A stretch of DNA of 64,000 nucleotides. Source: Selaginella moellendorffii. Lineage: Eukaryota; Plantae; Lycopodiophyta. Both the position numbers and the translations under genes were made by a program. Of the stretch, positions 38,308 to 49,031 are shown piece by piece. The notes beneath the pieces were generated by a model. That model saw only the letters and a program-made list of their open reading frames with translations. It did not search any database and was not told the DNA's origin. Position 1 is the first letter of the stretch. The number at the start of each line of letters is the position of its first letter. The stretch covers positions 2,795,442-2,859,441 of the forward strand of contig NW_003314268.1 of assembly GCF_000143415.4 (NCBI RefSeq), read 5' to 3'.

Positions 38308-39818
38308 TTGCAAAAGCACTCCTCAAAGGATTGGGATGCTAAGTTTTTGACTGCGAGGGCCGCTCAAAAAGCAGCTAAGAAGGGATGTCGGACCTTTTGG
38401 GTTCAAGTGATGGAAGCTGAGGGTATTGGTGACTCAGTTCGAATTGGCGACGGGGTTGATCCTGTACTAAAGAAGATATTGGAGTTGTTGGCATGGAATC
38501 AAGATATCTTTTCGAAGGATTTACCGCCAAGGTTACCACCTAGCCGTGAGGTTGATCATCAGATTGAGGTTATTCCGGGTTCTAAACCACCTACGAAAGC
38601 TCCATATCGGTTGAACATCAAGGAGATGGCTGAACTCAAGAAGCAACTCACAGAGCTTCTTGACAAAGGTCATATCCAACCAAGCAAGTCACCTTATGAA
38701 GCGCCAGTCCTTTTCATTATGAAAAAGGATGGAACCATGAGGATGTGTATTGACTATCGGACACTCAACAAGATCACGGTGAAAAACAGTTATCCTTTGC
38801 CTCGCATTGATGACTTGTTTGACCAACTCTTAAAGGCTAAGTATTTTACGCGACTTGATTTGCGGTCCGGGTATCATCAGATACGGGTGGCGGATCAGGA
38901 TGTGGAGAAGACAGCCTTTAAGACTCGGTACGGATCTTATGAGTTCCTTGTCATGCCGTTCGGGTTATGCAATGCTCCGGCAACGTTCAGCACTATGATG
39001 GATAGAATATTTGGAGATTATCTGGACACATTTGTTGTCCTATATATCGACGATATTCTAGTCTTCAGCAAAACGTTGGAGGATCATTTGAAACACTTGG
39101 ATCTGGTGTTTCAGAAGTTGCGCGAACACAAACTGTATGCTAAGGAAAGTAAATGCGCTTTTGGTCAATTGCATGTAAACTTTCTTGGACATATAGTTGG
39201 TGGTGGCGTGATTGAAGTCAATCCAAAGAAGGTGGAAGCGGTGAAGTCCTGGGAAGTCCCGACCACTGTATCAGATGTTTGTTCTTTTCTCGGTTTGGCG
39301 GGATACTATCGCAAGTTTGTCTGCAATTTTGCAAGAATTGCTCTTCCGTTGACTGAGTTGACGAAGAGTAGTATTCCGTTTCATTGGACACCAGCTTGTC
39401 AGTGTGCTTTTGTACAGTTGAAGGAGATCTTGACTACGGTTCCTGTTCTCAGGATCCCAGATCTTGATAAACCCTTCGAAGTGCATTGTGATGCGTCTGG
39501 CTATGCTATTGGTGCCGTGTTGCAGCAAGATTGTGACAAAGCGGTTGGTGTTACACTAAGGCGACATGGTTGTCCCATTGCATTCTATTCCAAGAAATTG
39601 GATGAGACCCAACGAAGATGGCCAACGCATGAGAAAGAGATGTTTGCTATAGTGTCGGCCCTGGAACACTGGAGACACTACTTGGGTGGACATACCAAGG
39701 TTTTTACGGATAGTAACACACTAAGCTACTTTGCTACACAGCCTAAGCTTACGCCGAAGCAAGCTCATTGGCAAGAGAAGCTTGCTAGATATGATATTGA
39801 AATCATATATAAACCTGG
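38308..39818 (+). pseudogene. pol: Element A reverse transcriptase + RNase H, interrupted by the young family B element
   Basis: [32 protein letters not shown] (39043-54), [19 protein letters not shown]; YKPG continues as KDNIVPDALSR after 47469. Confidence 0.93.
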
Positions 39819-40053
39819 TGTGAGACACAAAATCCCTAGGCCCCAAAGTGGAGCCGGAAGGGCGCCACATGGTAGTGGCCGAAGCGAGAGCCAAACGAGC
39901 GTAACACGTTTGGACCAAAAGCTCCGACTTGAAAAGTCAAGAGCGGGAGTGGAACTCCCAACGAAGTGCTCGAGGAACGAGCATGAAGCGAGCAAACGGC
40001 GAGGCTCCAAAAAAGGACCCAAAAGGACCAACACATGACACGTGGGAGTGTCC

Positions 40054-40590
40054 GAGATGGAGTCCGAAGTGGAGTCCGAGGTGGACCCGAGTTGGAGTCC
40101 GAAGTGGAGTCCGAGATGGACCCGAGATGGACCCGAAATGGAGTCCAAGATGGAGTCCGAGATGGACCCGAGATGGACCCGAGATGGAGTCCGAGATGGA
40201 GTCCAAGATGGAGTCCGAGATGGACCCGAGATGGAGTCCGAGATGGAGTCCGAGATGGACCCGAGATGGACCCGAAATGGAGTCCGAGATGGAGTCCGAG
40301 ATGGACCCGAAATGGAGTCCGAGATGGAGTCCGAGATGGACCCGAGATGGAGTCCGAGATGGAGTCCGAGATGGACCCGAGATGGACCCGAGATGGAGTC
40401 CGAGATGGAGTCCGAGATGGAGTCCGAGATGGAGTCCGAAGTCGAGACCGAGACCGGGACCGAGACCGAGACCGAGACCGAGATCGGGACCGAGACTGAG
40501 ACCGAGGCCGAGGCCGAGACCGAGCCCGAGCCCGAGTCCGAGTCCGAATCCGAATCCGAGTCCGAGTCCGAGTCCGAGTCCGAGTCCGGA
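40054..40590 (+). repeat. LTR minisatellite: 33 mixed 12-nt (GAGATGGAGTCC) and 11-nt (GAGATGGACCC) units, then GAGNCC hexamers
   Basis: Direct reading; related arrays at 45934-46460, ~34750-35060, ~50990-51440 (reverse) and ~53177-53520 (reverse). Confidence 0.95.
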
Positions 40591-41594
40591 GCCTGAGAGG
40601 GTGAAAGCCCAAAGCGTTCGTCTCCCAGACCCTGGGGGGTTTGGTGAGCTCCAAAAGTATAGTAGGAGGAGGACTGCAGTGGAGCCAGTTTGGCCAGGAA
40701 AGGCCAGTTTGGCCCAGGAAGGCCAGACCCAGTGTTGGGTGATGAGTTGCCCACTGGGAAGTCCAAGACTAGAGTGAACACGGACCGACAAGCGGGGTAG
40801 CTTGGTGAAGTGTTCAAGAGCCGGCTCTAGTTCCCCCGGGAGATCGACTGGCCGATGCTCCCAGTCCAAGTGTGGGTGGCACTACCTACTTGGATACCAG
40901 GCGTGGCTCAACGGAACCTCGCTCTAAGCCCATGGCTAGAGCACCCAAGGGCAGAAGGCGGGGAGAGTACCCAGGTGGCTCGCGTAAGGCCACGGTGTTC
41001 CGAAATGTTGTCCCAAAGGCCCAGACTGTGGAAAGGAAGAGGAGTAGTCCTCTGGGGTAGTGACCAAGGACACAGTCGTGTGGTGAGGAAGTTCTAGAGG
41101 ACCGTGGGACTTAGTGGTCGGGCCTGTGGGCCTCGATCCAGTGGCAGTGTTGGCAAACACGGCCAGAGGCAGAAAGGGACTTAGGGGGGATTGACAGAGG
41201 GACATTGGGGAAGGCTGTTCCCCGTGTCGGTGGGCATCCTAAGGATGCTAAGGAGTGGATCTGAGATGACCACTCACGGATGGTTGGCCCAGTCTTGGAG
41301 AGCCAAGACTGTGATGCAAGTGGTATTGGACTACAGTGTGGCAAAGGTGATTGGGCATGGCCTTAGCGTAACGGGCTGCCATATCGGTGGTACCTTTGAG
41401 TGTCGGTCATGGGATCGGACACGTAGAGCACTTGGACCAGGTGCCAGTGTTGAGTGGCATGGATGCCATTCCTGGGGCTAGCAAGCCCCAAGTCCTGAAT
41501 TGGACTTATGGAGGTTGTGAATGAGACTCCTCCAAGTGGTCAAAGGTGTGGTTAAGTGACTAAAGTAGAATGGAAAATTTAGTCGCTTACAACT

Positions 41595-41606
41595 TGGTAT
41601 CGGAGC
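41595..41606 (+). promoter_or_regulatory. Primer-binding site (initiator tRNA-Met type)
   Basis: TGGTATCGGAGC 3 nt after the 5' LTR end; one change from the canonical TGGTATCAGAGC. Confidence 0.88.
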
Positions 41607-44600
41607 TGTTCCTTAGTCCGACTTTTATTGGTGCTCAAGTATATCACCACTAGTGTTGGCATCGGAAGGTCCGAGGAGTGGGCCTATCCTTGAGGAGTAG
41701 CAAGTCGGGAAGACATTGCTCTCCATTATAGTTCATGTGTGAACTTGTAGACGAGGTGGTGGATAGAAAAAGGCCAATAATGGAACGACTTTGGGATCTT
41801 GGGAACTGTATATGGTTTTCTTCAAAGAGTTGAGGATGTGATCCAGATGAGCGTTTGACTTAGTAAACTGGCTAATGTAGTTGTGGTAAACAACTACAGT
41901 TGGGATCACGGGAAAGATAAAGACTCCAAAGTAATAAAGGAGTCACAAGATTTTCCTCATATAGTTGAGGTTGGTGCTCATGAATGTGAGACCAGAAGTA
42001 ATGACCGTGGGAGGTCAAATACGGAAGAGGACTCAAGTCCTTGAAAAGGTAGTCGGGGCTACCTCTAATAAATGCTGGAACAACCCCAAGAGTTGGGGGG
42101 TGTATTAAGTGGATGAGTTGGTGTTCTCATCACATGGACAAGTAGTCCTAAGGGGCAAAGGTTGCCCCCAGAGAACAAAATCAAGTGTCGGAGTAACACT
42201 TGTGAAAATAGTCCTTTTGAGTAGGATAGGAATGCAAGAAGTGTATTCCAGTGAGCTAGTGCCTCACAAGTAGGACCTTACGGGTCTGTGGATTAACCAA
42301 GTCCAAAACTGCTGGATGACTCAAGTAGAGTCAACGGATGGTCCTAAAAGGACTGATGGAAGCATTTGGACTGAGGTGTGTTGTACCCCACAAAGGATGG
42401 GGGGGGGGGGGATCATAAGATCCAAGGATGAGAACAGAGGGTATCTCATCGATGGCAAAATATGCCATGCTAAAGTTATGAGAAAGGTGTTCCCAGAAGA
42501 AAATAACTTTGACATGAAGTTGTGTGTGACCTCTATGGTGCAGTGCTAACAGATGGTTGGCATGAGAAAGAGCGGTGTTAGTCTTGGCAAAAGACTTAGA
42601 CACGAAGGGGAAATGTCATAGAGGTAGGCTCGTGGAGCCGATGGTGTGGAGACACCAAATGTGCCAAGGTGTGATACCTTGAGGCTATGTTGGTGGGTTC
42701 ATGAGAACCCCTTGCCAAAGGAATCCCAATGGAAATGGGAATAGCATAGCCTAAGCTGCAGAGCATGCAATTGGAGTGTGGTGACCCAGATAATGATGGA
42801 GGTGTGAAAGCACCAAACAATGAGTTGTAGGACTTGACAACTATGAGGCAACTAAGCAAGAGGTGCAATATAACTGGTTAAACGGGTAGAAGGTAGCTAC
42901 CCAAGACTTCTTAATAGCATAGGGAAGTTGGATATACCCTTACGGGGGATAAGTTGCTTGTGTTGCGATATAGTAAGTCAATGTCATAAAAGGAAATACT
43001 CATTGTCAAGAAAGCCATCATTGGGACACCTGGACACTCTAGAACACCAGAAGGTGGTGTTTGATGTTGCGAGGGCAATGGATAAAGCCCAAGGGATTAA
43101 GTCCCTAGCGAATGATGGATAGAAGGTGCTATCCAAATGTCCAAGGTTGCGGAGATAGGAGAGGACTGTCTACCCGAGTTGGACAAAGCCAAGAATGGAA
43201 TTTTGGCAAGGTTAGTGATGGGCATGTAAAGGCCCATAAGCAACAATGTAATCCCAGTGTGTGGGATTATAAGGTGAGCATACCTGGATTGAGGAACCAC
43301 TCCCTGGGCTATTGGGTAGGTTCATCCTTAAGAATACTTGCTAAGGCATGATAGAAAGTGCAAAGCTATCCTCCTGGTCTGGAGGAGAATAACCAAAGGA
43401 AACATATGGGGCTAAAAGGCAAGTAGTATTGGGATGGAACTGAACCATAGAAATCAAAGGGCATAACCAAGGTTGGTTATGCCAGCTGGGAGTGGAGAAT
43501 CAAGTGGGGGCTCGAGGGTGTTGCTGCTAGCAACCGTGATGCCATGGAGAGTCTAAAATATGGAATTGTCCATGTTAGACTATGTGGCATTTGGAAGGCT
43601 TGCAAAAAGGGAGGCCTTAGCAAGCTGAGGGACAGAGTTCCTTCAAGGTTCCCAAAGACGATTCTAGGTAGCTTAGTACCTAGAAAGGCCAAGTGTAAAT
43701 GGTTCATGGAACGCGCGAAATCAGAGTGGCGCAGCAGAAGCGTGGTTTTGAAGCTTGCCATGAGGCAAGGCTATCAAGGTTAGGGAAGTAGTTCCCGAGT
43801 GTTCAAAGAGAGGGCTTTGAATGAAAGTCGATGGTCAAGGACTTTCACGCTTATGCAGGAACCATGTTATAGTGGTCGGAGGACTTGCCAAGCGAGATTG
43901 GCACGTCGGGGGAACAAATACCCTAGTTGAAGGTGATAACTTCAAAAAGGGTGGGCCATGGGGTTGAGCATGGAGGAGTCCATGCATGATCACAGACATG
44001 TCAAGTGAGAGGACTTGGCAGTGTGGAGGAACTAGGTTCCTAAGCTGTGATCTGTAGCGCGCTTTAAAAATAAGTTGGTGCACCGGCGTGGGGAGTCATG
44101 CCAGGCATCTTGTGTGATGCCGTCCGTAGATGCATATACGGAGGTTGGGTTCGAGTCCCGACCCTCTAGTGCTTGGGTTCGAGTCCCAAATCACTAGGGC
44201 GTGGTGATGGTTTGGAATATGAGGACACTCATATTTCGGTGGTCATGGACTCTCAGTGGGGAGACTGGTTTGGGCACACCGCCAAGCGAGGGATGCCTCG
44301 GAGTCGTGATGCACGGTTAGATTGTTTAGTGTGAAAGCTCAGCATATCTAACTTGAACGCTTTGGTGCAAGTGGCACCAAGGTCGTGGTGAGTGAGATAG
44401 GGACACCTAATCTCAGTTGCTATGAACCCTTGGCCGTAAGGGCTGGCTTGGGTGCACCACCAAGTGTGGGGGATGCCCCCAGGGTTATAGTCAACAACTT
44501 GGAGGTCTAGAAGACCAAATACCTCTTGGCAACTCTGTTAAGGTGCCAAGGTGAGATCACTAGGTGATCTTATGGCCAGATAAGGACAAGGTCCTTGGTT

Positions 44601-45685
44601 GGCTAAGGAATGAAGTTCCTGGTTCAAAATGTTGAAATTGAACTGTTTAAGGTGGTGTGGCTTGGTCGTGATGACTAAGTGGGAAGAGCACCTAAGGGAA
44701 ATAAACTATGTCCGTGAGATGGCATAGTGAGTCCGAGGAAAGTAGTCTCTATAAAGGACCCATGGGAGGGTCACGAAGTTGGGCCGTGGATAGAGCCCAT
44801 AGCAGAAGATGCTAAAGAGACGTACTAGGGGTGAACATCCTCCGGACTTGGCAAAGAAGAGTCTTTGCTATGGAACCGAAACAATACCTCAAGGAGGGAG
44901 GTAGAGATTCGATGTTGCTTGGTGCAACAAACAATGGATAGGAGCAAAAGATGAGTGGCCAAGATAGGGCCGTGGAATCCCTTGGGGGGAATCCAAGTGA
45001 CAAAGTTAGGCGAGGAACACTAATGTGTTGGACGCTAACAAGTTGCGGGAAAGGAAGTGTGTTTCCAAGGAGGGATTCCGAAATGCTCCGGTTTGGCGAA
45101 AGTGGAAGCTCCAAGGGAGGGAGCGGTAAGGTAGCCAAATGATAGGGCCATGAACAGCCCTAGCACAAAGTATGATAACTAGAACTTTGGCACGAAATAG
45201 AAGAGAGGATGATGGTGCCCTCGAGTAAAGAACTTCCTAGGATGGGAAGTGGAGTTGCACAAAAGGTGCAAGGCAAGGTGTCGGAGACACCTAGGAAATT
45301 AACTCCAAGAAGTCAAAATTCAAAATTCCAAAGTGCAAAGGTTATATCGATGGAAATTGAAACTACTCGAGAAGGAGTAGTGGGATTGACTTAGAGAAGG
45401 GTCTCTAAGAGGTTTAGCGAGAACTAAACCAATAAAAGGAGAGAACCACTATATGTGGTCCAATCAGTCTCTAAGTTGGAGAGACTACCCTCCTTAGAGG
45501 ATATGCAAAAGGCATGGTGAGCCTTCAATGTCCAACCATTGACGAATATGGAGAAGGCATGGTGAGCCTTCAATGTCACACCATTGACAAATATTGGCTA
45601 CGCGCCAAGGATGGAAATGGTAACACATGCGGGTGTTACTTTATAAAATGGTTCACCGTTCGATGAGGACATCGAACTTCGTCTA
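41607..45685 (+). ncRNA. Putative large, densely base-paired non-coding RNA domain of family B
   Basis: Dozens of consecutive hairpins; no retroelement ORF; compensatory changes relative to the older copy (see findings). Confidence 0.7.
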
Positions 45686-45697
45686 TGGGTGGTGGAG
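45686..45697 (+). promoter_or_regulatory. Polypurine tract of family B
   Basis: TGGGTGGTGGAG immediately before the 3' LTR; identical in the older copy before 34524. Confidence 0.8.
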
Positions 45698-47464
45698 TTG
45701 TGAGACACAAAATCCCTAGGCCCCAAAGTGGAGCCGGAAGGGCGCCACATGGTAGTGGCCGAAGCGAGAGCCAAACGAGCGTAACACGTTTGGACCAAAA
45801 GCTCCGACTTGAAAAGTCAAGAGCAGGAGTGGAACTCCCAACGAAGTGCTCGAGGAACGAGCATGAAGCGGGCAAACGGCGAGGCTCCAAAAAAGGACCC
45901 AAAAGGACCAACACATGACACGTGGGAGTGTCCGAGATGGAGTCCGAAGTGGAGTCCGAGGTGGACCCGAGTTGGAGTCCGAAGTGGAGTCCGAGATGGA
46001 CCCGAGATGGACCCGAAATGGAGTCCAAGATGGAGTCCGAGATGGACCCGAGATGGACCCGAGATGGAGTCCGAGATGGAGTCCGAGATGGACCCGAGAT
46101 GGAGTCCGAGATGGAGTCCGAGATGGACCCGAGATGGACCCGAAATGGAGTCCGAGATGGAGTCCGAGATGGACCCGAAATGGAGTCCGAGATGGAGTCC
46201 GAGATGGACCCGAGATGGAGTCCGAGATGGAGTCCGAGATGGACCCGAGATGGACCCGAGATGGACCCGAGATGGAGTCCGAGATGGAGTCCGAGATGGA
46301 GTCCGAGATGGAGTCCGAAGTCGAGACCGAGACCGGGACCGAGACCGAGACCGAGATCGGGACCGAGACTGAGACCGAGGCCGAGGCCGAGACCGAGCCC
46401 GAGCCCGAGTCCGAGTCCAAATCCGAATCCGAGTCCGAGTCCGAGTCCGAGTCCGAGTCCGGAGCCTGAGAGGGTGAAAGCCCAAAGCGTTCGTCTCCCA
46501 GACCCTGGGGGGTTTGGTGAGCTCCAAAAGTATAGTAGGGGGAGGACTGCAGTGGAGCCAGTTTGGCCAGGAAAGGCCAGTTTGGCCCAGGAAGGCCGGA
46601 CCCAGTGTTGGGTGATGAGCTGCCCACTGGGAAGTCCAAGACTAGAGTGAACACGGACCGACAAGCGGGGTAGCTTGGTGAAGTGTTCAAGAGCCGGCTC
46701 TAGTTCCCCCGGGAGATCGACTGGCCGATGCTCCCAGTCCAAGTGTGGGTGGCACTACCTACTTGGATACCAGGCGTGGCTCAACGGAACCTCGCTCTAA
46801 GCCCATGGCTAGAGCACCCAAGGGTAGAAGGCGGGGAGAGTACCCAGGTGGCTCGCGTAAGGCCACGGTGTTCCGAAATGTTGTCCCAAAGGCCCAGACT
46901 GTGGAAAGGAAGAGGAGTAGTCCTCTGGGGTAGTGACCAAGGACACAGTCGTGTGGTGAGGAAGTTCTAGAGGACCGTGGGACTTAGTGGTCGGGCCTGT
47001 GGGCCTCGATCCAGTGGCAGTGTTGGCAAACACGGCCAGAGGCAGAAAGGGACTTAGGGGGGACTAACAGAGGGACATTGGGGAAGGTTGTTCCCCGTGT
47101 CGGTGGGCATCCTAAGGATGCTAAGGAGTGGATCTGAGATGACCACTCACGGATGGTTGGCCCAGTCTTGGAGAGCCAAGACTGTGATGCAAGTGGTATT
47201 GGACTACAGTGTGGCAAAGGTGATTGGGCATGGCCTTAGCGTAACGGGCTGCCATATCGGTGGTACCTTTGAGTGTCGGTCATGGGATCGGACACGTAGA
47301 GCACTTGGACCAGGTGCCAGTGTTGAGTGGCATGGATGCCATTCCTGGGGCTAGCAAGCCCCAAGTCCTGAATTGGACTTATGGAGGTTGTGAATGAGAC
47401 TCCTCCAAGTGGTCAAAGGTGTGGTTAAGTGACTAAAGTAGAATGGAAAATTTAGTCGCTTACA

Positions 47465-49031
47465 CCTGGTAAAGACAATATTGTTCCGGATGCGTTGAGT
47501 CGTCAAGCTCAACTCCGGGCAATATCGGCAATAAATTCAGACTGGTTGGAGGACGTTCGAGCTTCGTATGGAAGTGATCCATTGGCGAAGGCAATTTTAT
47601 GCCGTGCGGGGTTGTTGAAACAAAGCCCTGGTAGCGAAGCAGCAAAAGTTGCTAGTCGCACTAATGCAAAGCTTCATTTCTCAGTCCGGGATGGGCTTAT
47701 ATTCTATAAGCAAGGAAGGTTGTATCTTCCCTCTAAGGATCTTCAACAGTTATTTCTGCGGGAACATCATGATGTTCCAGCAGCGGGACATGGTGGACAG
47801 CGAAAGAGTCTGGCTTCTTTGAAAAAGGGATTTTTCTGGTCTGGTATGGAAGGTGATCTAGCGGACTATGTCCGTTCCTGCCCTATATGCCAGCAATGTA
47901 AGCGCAAAGCTGAGAAGCAGGCTGGAAAGTTAGAGTGCATTCCAGCACCGGCATGGCCATTTCAAAGTGTGACACTTGATTTCGTCACTTGCTTGCCGAA
48001 GTCTAAGGGCTATGATACTTTGATGGTGGTTGTGGATCGGTTATCGAAGATTGCACACTTCATTCCAACTGTGGGAACAGTGAATGTGAAACAAGCAGCA
48101 AAGCTCTTTTTCCATGAAGTAGTGCGAGTTCGTGGTCTTCCTGAAGAGATGATCTCGGATAGAGATTCGAGGTTTACGGGGAAGTTTTGGGGCACACTAT
48201 TCCAGTTTTTCAGTACCAAGTTGAAGTTTAGTACAGCTTATCATCCTCAAACTGATGGGCAGACCAAACGCGTGAATGCTCAAGTTGAGGATTATCTGCG
48301 GTACTATGTTGCGGCGGACCAACACGACTGGGTTGAGCATTTGGATACAGCAGAAATATGTTATAACAACACATTTCACAGCGCTATAGGCTGTTCTCCA
48401 TGGGAGATGCTGCAAGGGAAGGCTCGTGGGGTTCCTCAACAGATCGTTGTACCGAAACCAATGACCGAAGTGTTGGTCCCAGCCGTTGAGACTTATGCGG
48501 AGCAGCTACGCCAAGGTTGGTCTAGAGCTACTGAGGCGATGAGCAAAGCTCAGGGTAGGTATCGACGTGATAAGGATCAACATCGTCGGGATGTATCCTA
48601 TCAAGTGGGAGATCAAGTGTGGCTGTCTTCCCGGAACTTGAACTTGAACTTCTTTGTCTCGGAAGCTTTTGCCGAGATATGTTGGACCCTATCGGGTGTT
48701 GCGGCGCATTGGTAATGTATCCTATCTGTTGGATCTTCCTGTGGAGATGTCCAGTATTCATAATGTATTTCATGCCAATCTCTTGGCTCCATACACTATG
48801 GATGATGCACATCAAGCGGAGATTCGTCCACCACCAGAAGTTGTGGATGGTGAACCTGAATATGAAGTAAAAGCTATTTTGGGTACACGCTGGCTTAAGC
48901 GTGCCAAACGTCGAGAGTATCTAGTTAAGTGGAAAGGTTACCCATCTTGTGAATCAACTTGGGAGCCTCTTAGTAATCTTACACATGCTCGTGAGCTTGT
49001 CACGGAGTATAAGAATCGTAATAAAGATTAG
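47465..49031 (+). pseudogene. pol: Element A integrase + chromodomain
   Basis: H..H / CPIC zinc finger; LDFV, SDRD, DGQTKR (catalytic E to K at 48266); frameshift ~48650; GPY; EYEVKAILGTR...EYLVKWKGY...TWEP. Confidence 0.93.

Larger units (their letters stand above)
39819..47464 (+). mobile_element. Young, complete family B non-autonomous LTR element (LARD-like), 7646 bp
   Basis: TSD CCTGG (39814-18 / 47465-69); LTRs 39819-41591 (1773 bp) and 45699-47464 (1766 bp), TGTGAG...CTTACA, about 10 substitutions by eye; PBS and PPT intact; no gag/pol inside. Confidence 0.95.

Noticed and set aside
39819-40038. Apparent novel C-terminus on the 576 aa RT-RNase H ORF
   Set aside because: Read-through into the inserted B LTR; the native frame resumes after the TSD at 47465
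40054-40437. CRISPR-like array
   Set aside because: Contiguous 11/12-nt units without unique spacers, in a eukaryotic LTR context
40588-40628. Hammerhead-ribozyme-like string CTGAGA-GGGTGAAAGCCC-AAA in the B LTR (retrozyme hypothesis)
   Set aside because: The core lacks N7 and G12, stems I and III do not close correctly, and the matching A LTR motif has no CTGA; kept only as a shared hairpin
39765-40869. Long ORFs in all six frames (SDSISD, RTPSRV, MESEMES, WSPRW; also at 34.7, 45.6-46.7, 50.8-51.9 and 52.9-53.8 kb)
   Set aside because: They are by-products of the stop-free LTR minisatellite; unit indels shift frames between the two LTRs of the same element
44080-44173. Bona fide tRNA gene
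   Set aside because: No canonical D-loop/A-box and no 7-nt anticodon loop; reported as tRNA-like only
45554-45655. Chromodomain remnant in family B (GEP...QILATR...YFIKW)
   Set aside because: Needs stops and a frameshift, is not clearly retained in the older copy, and the bases are explained by hairpins; too weak to call
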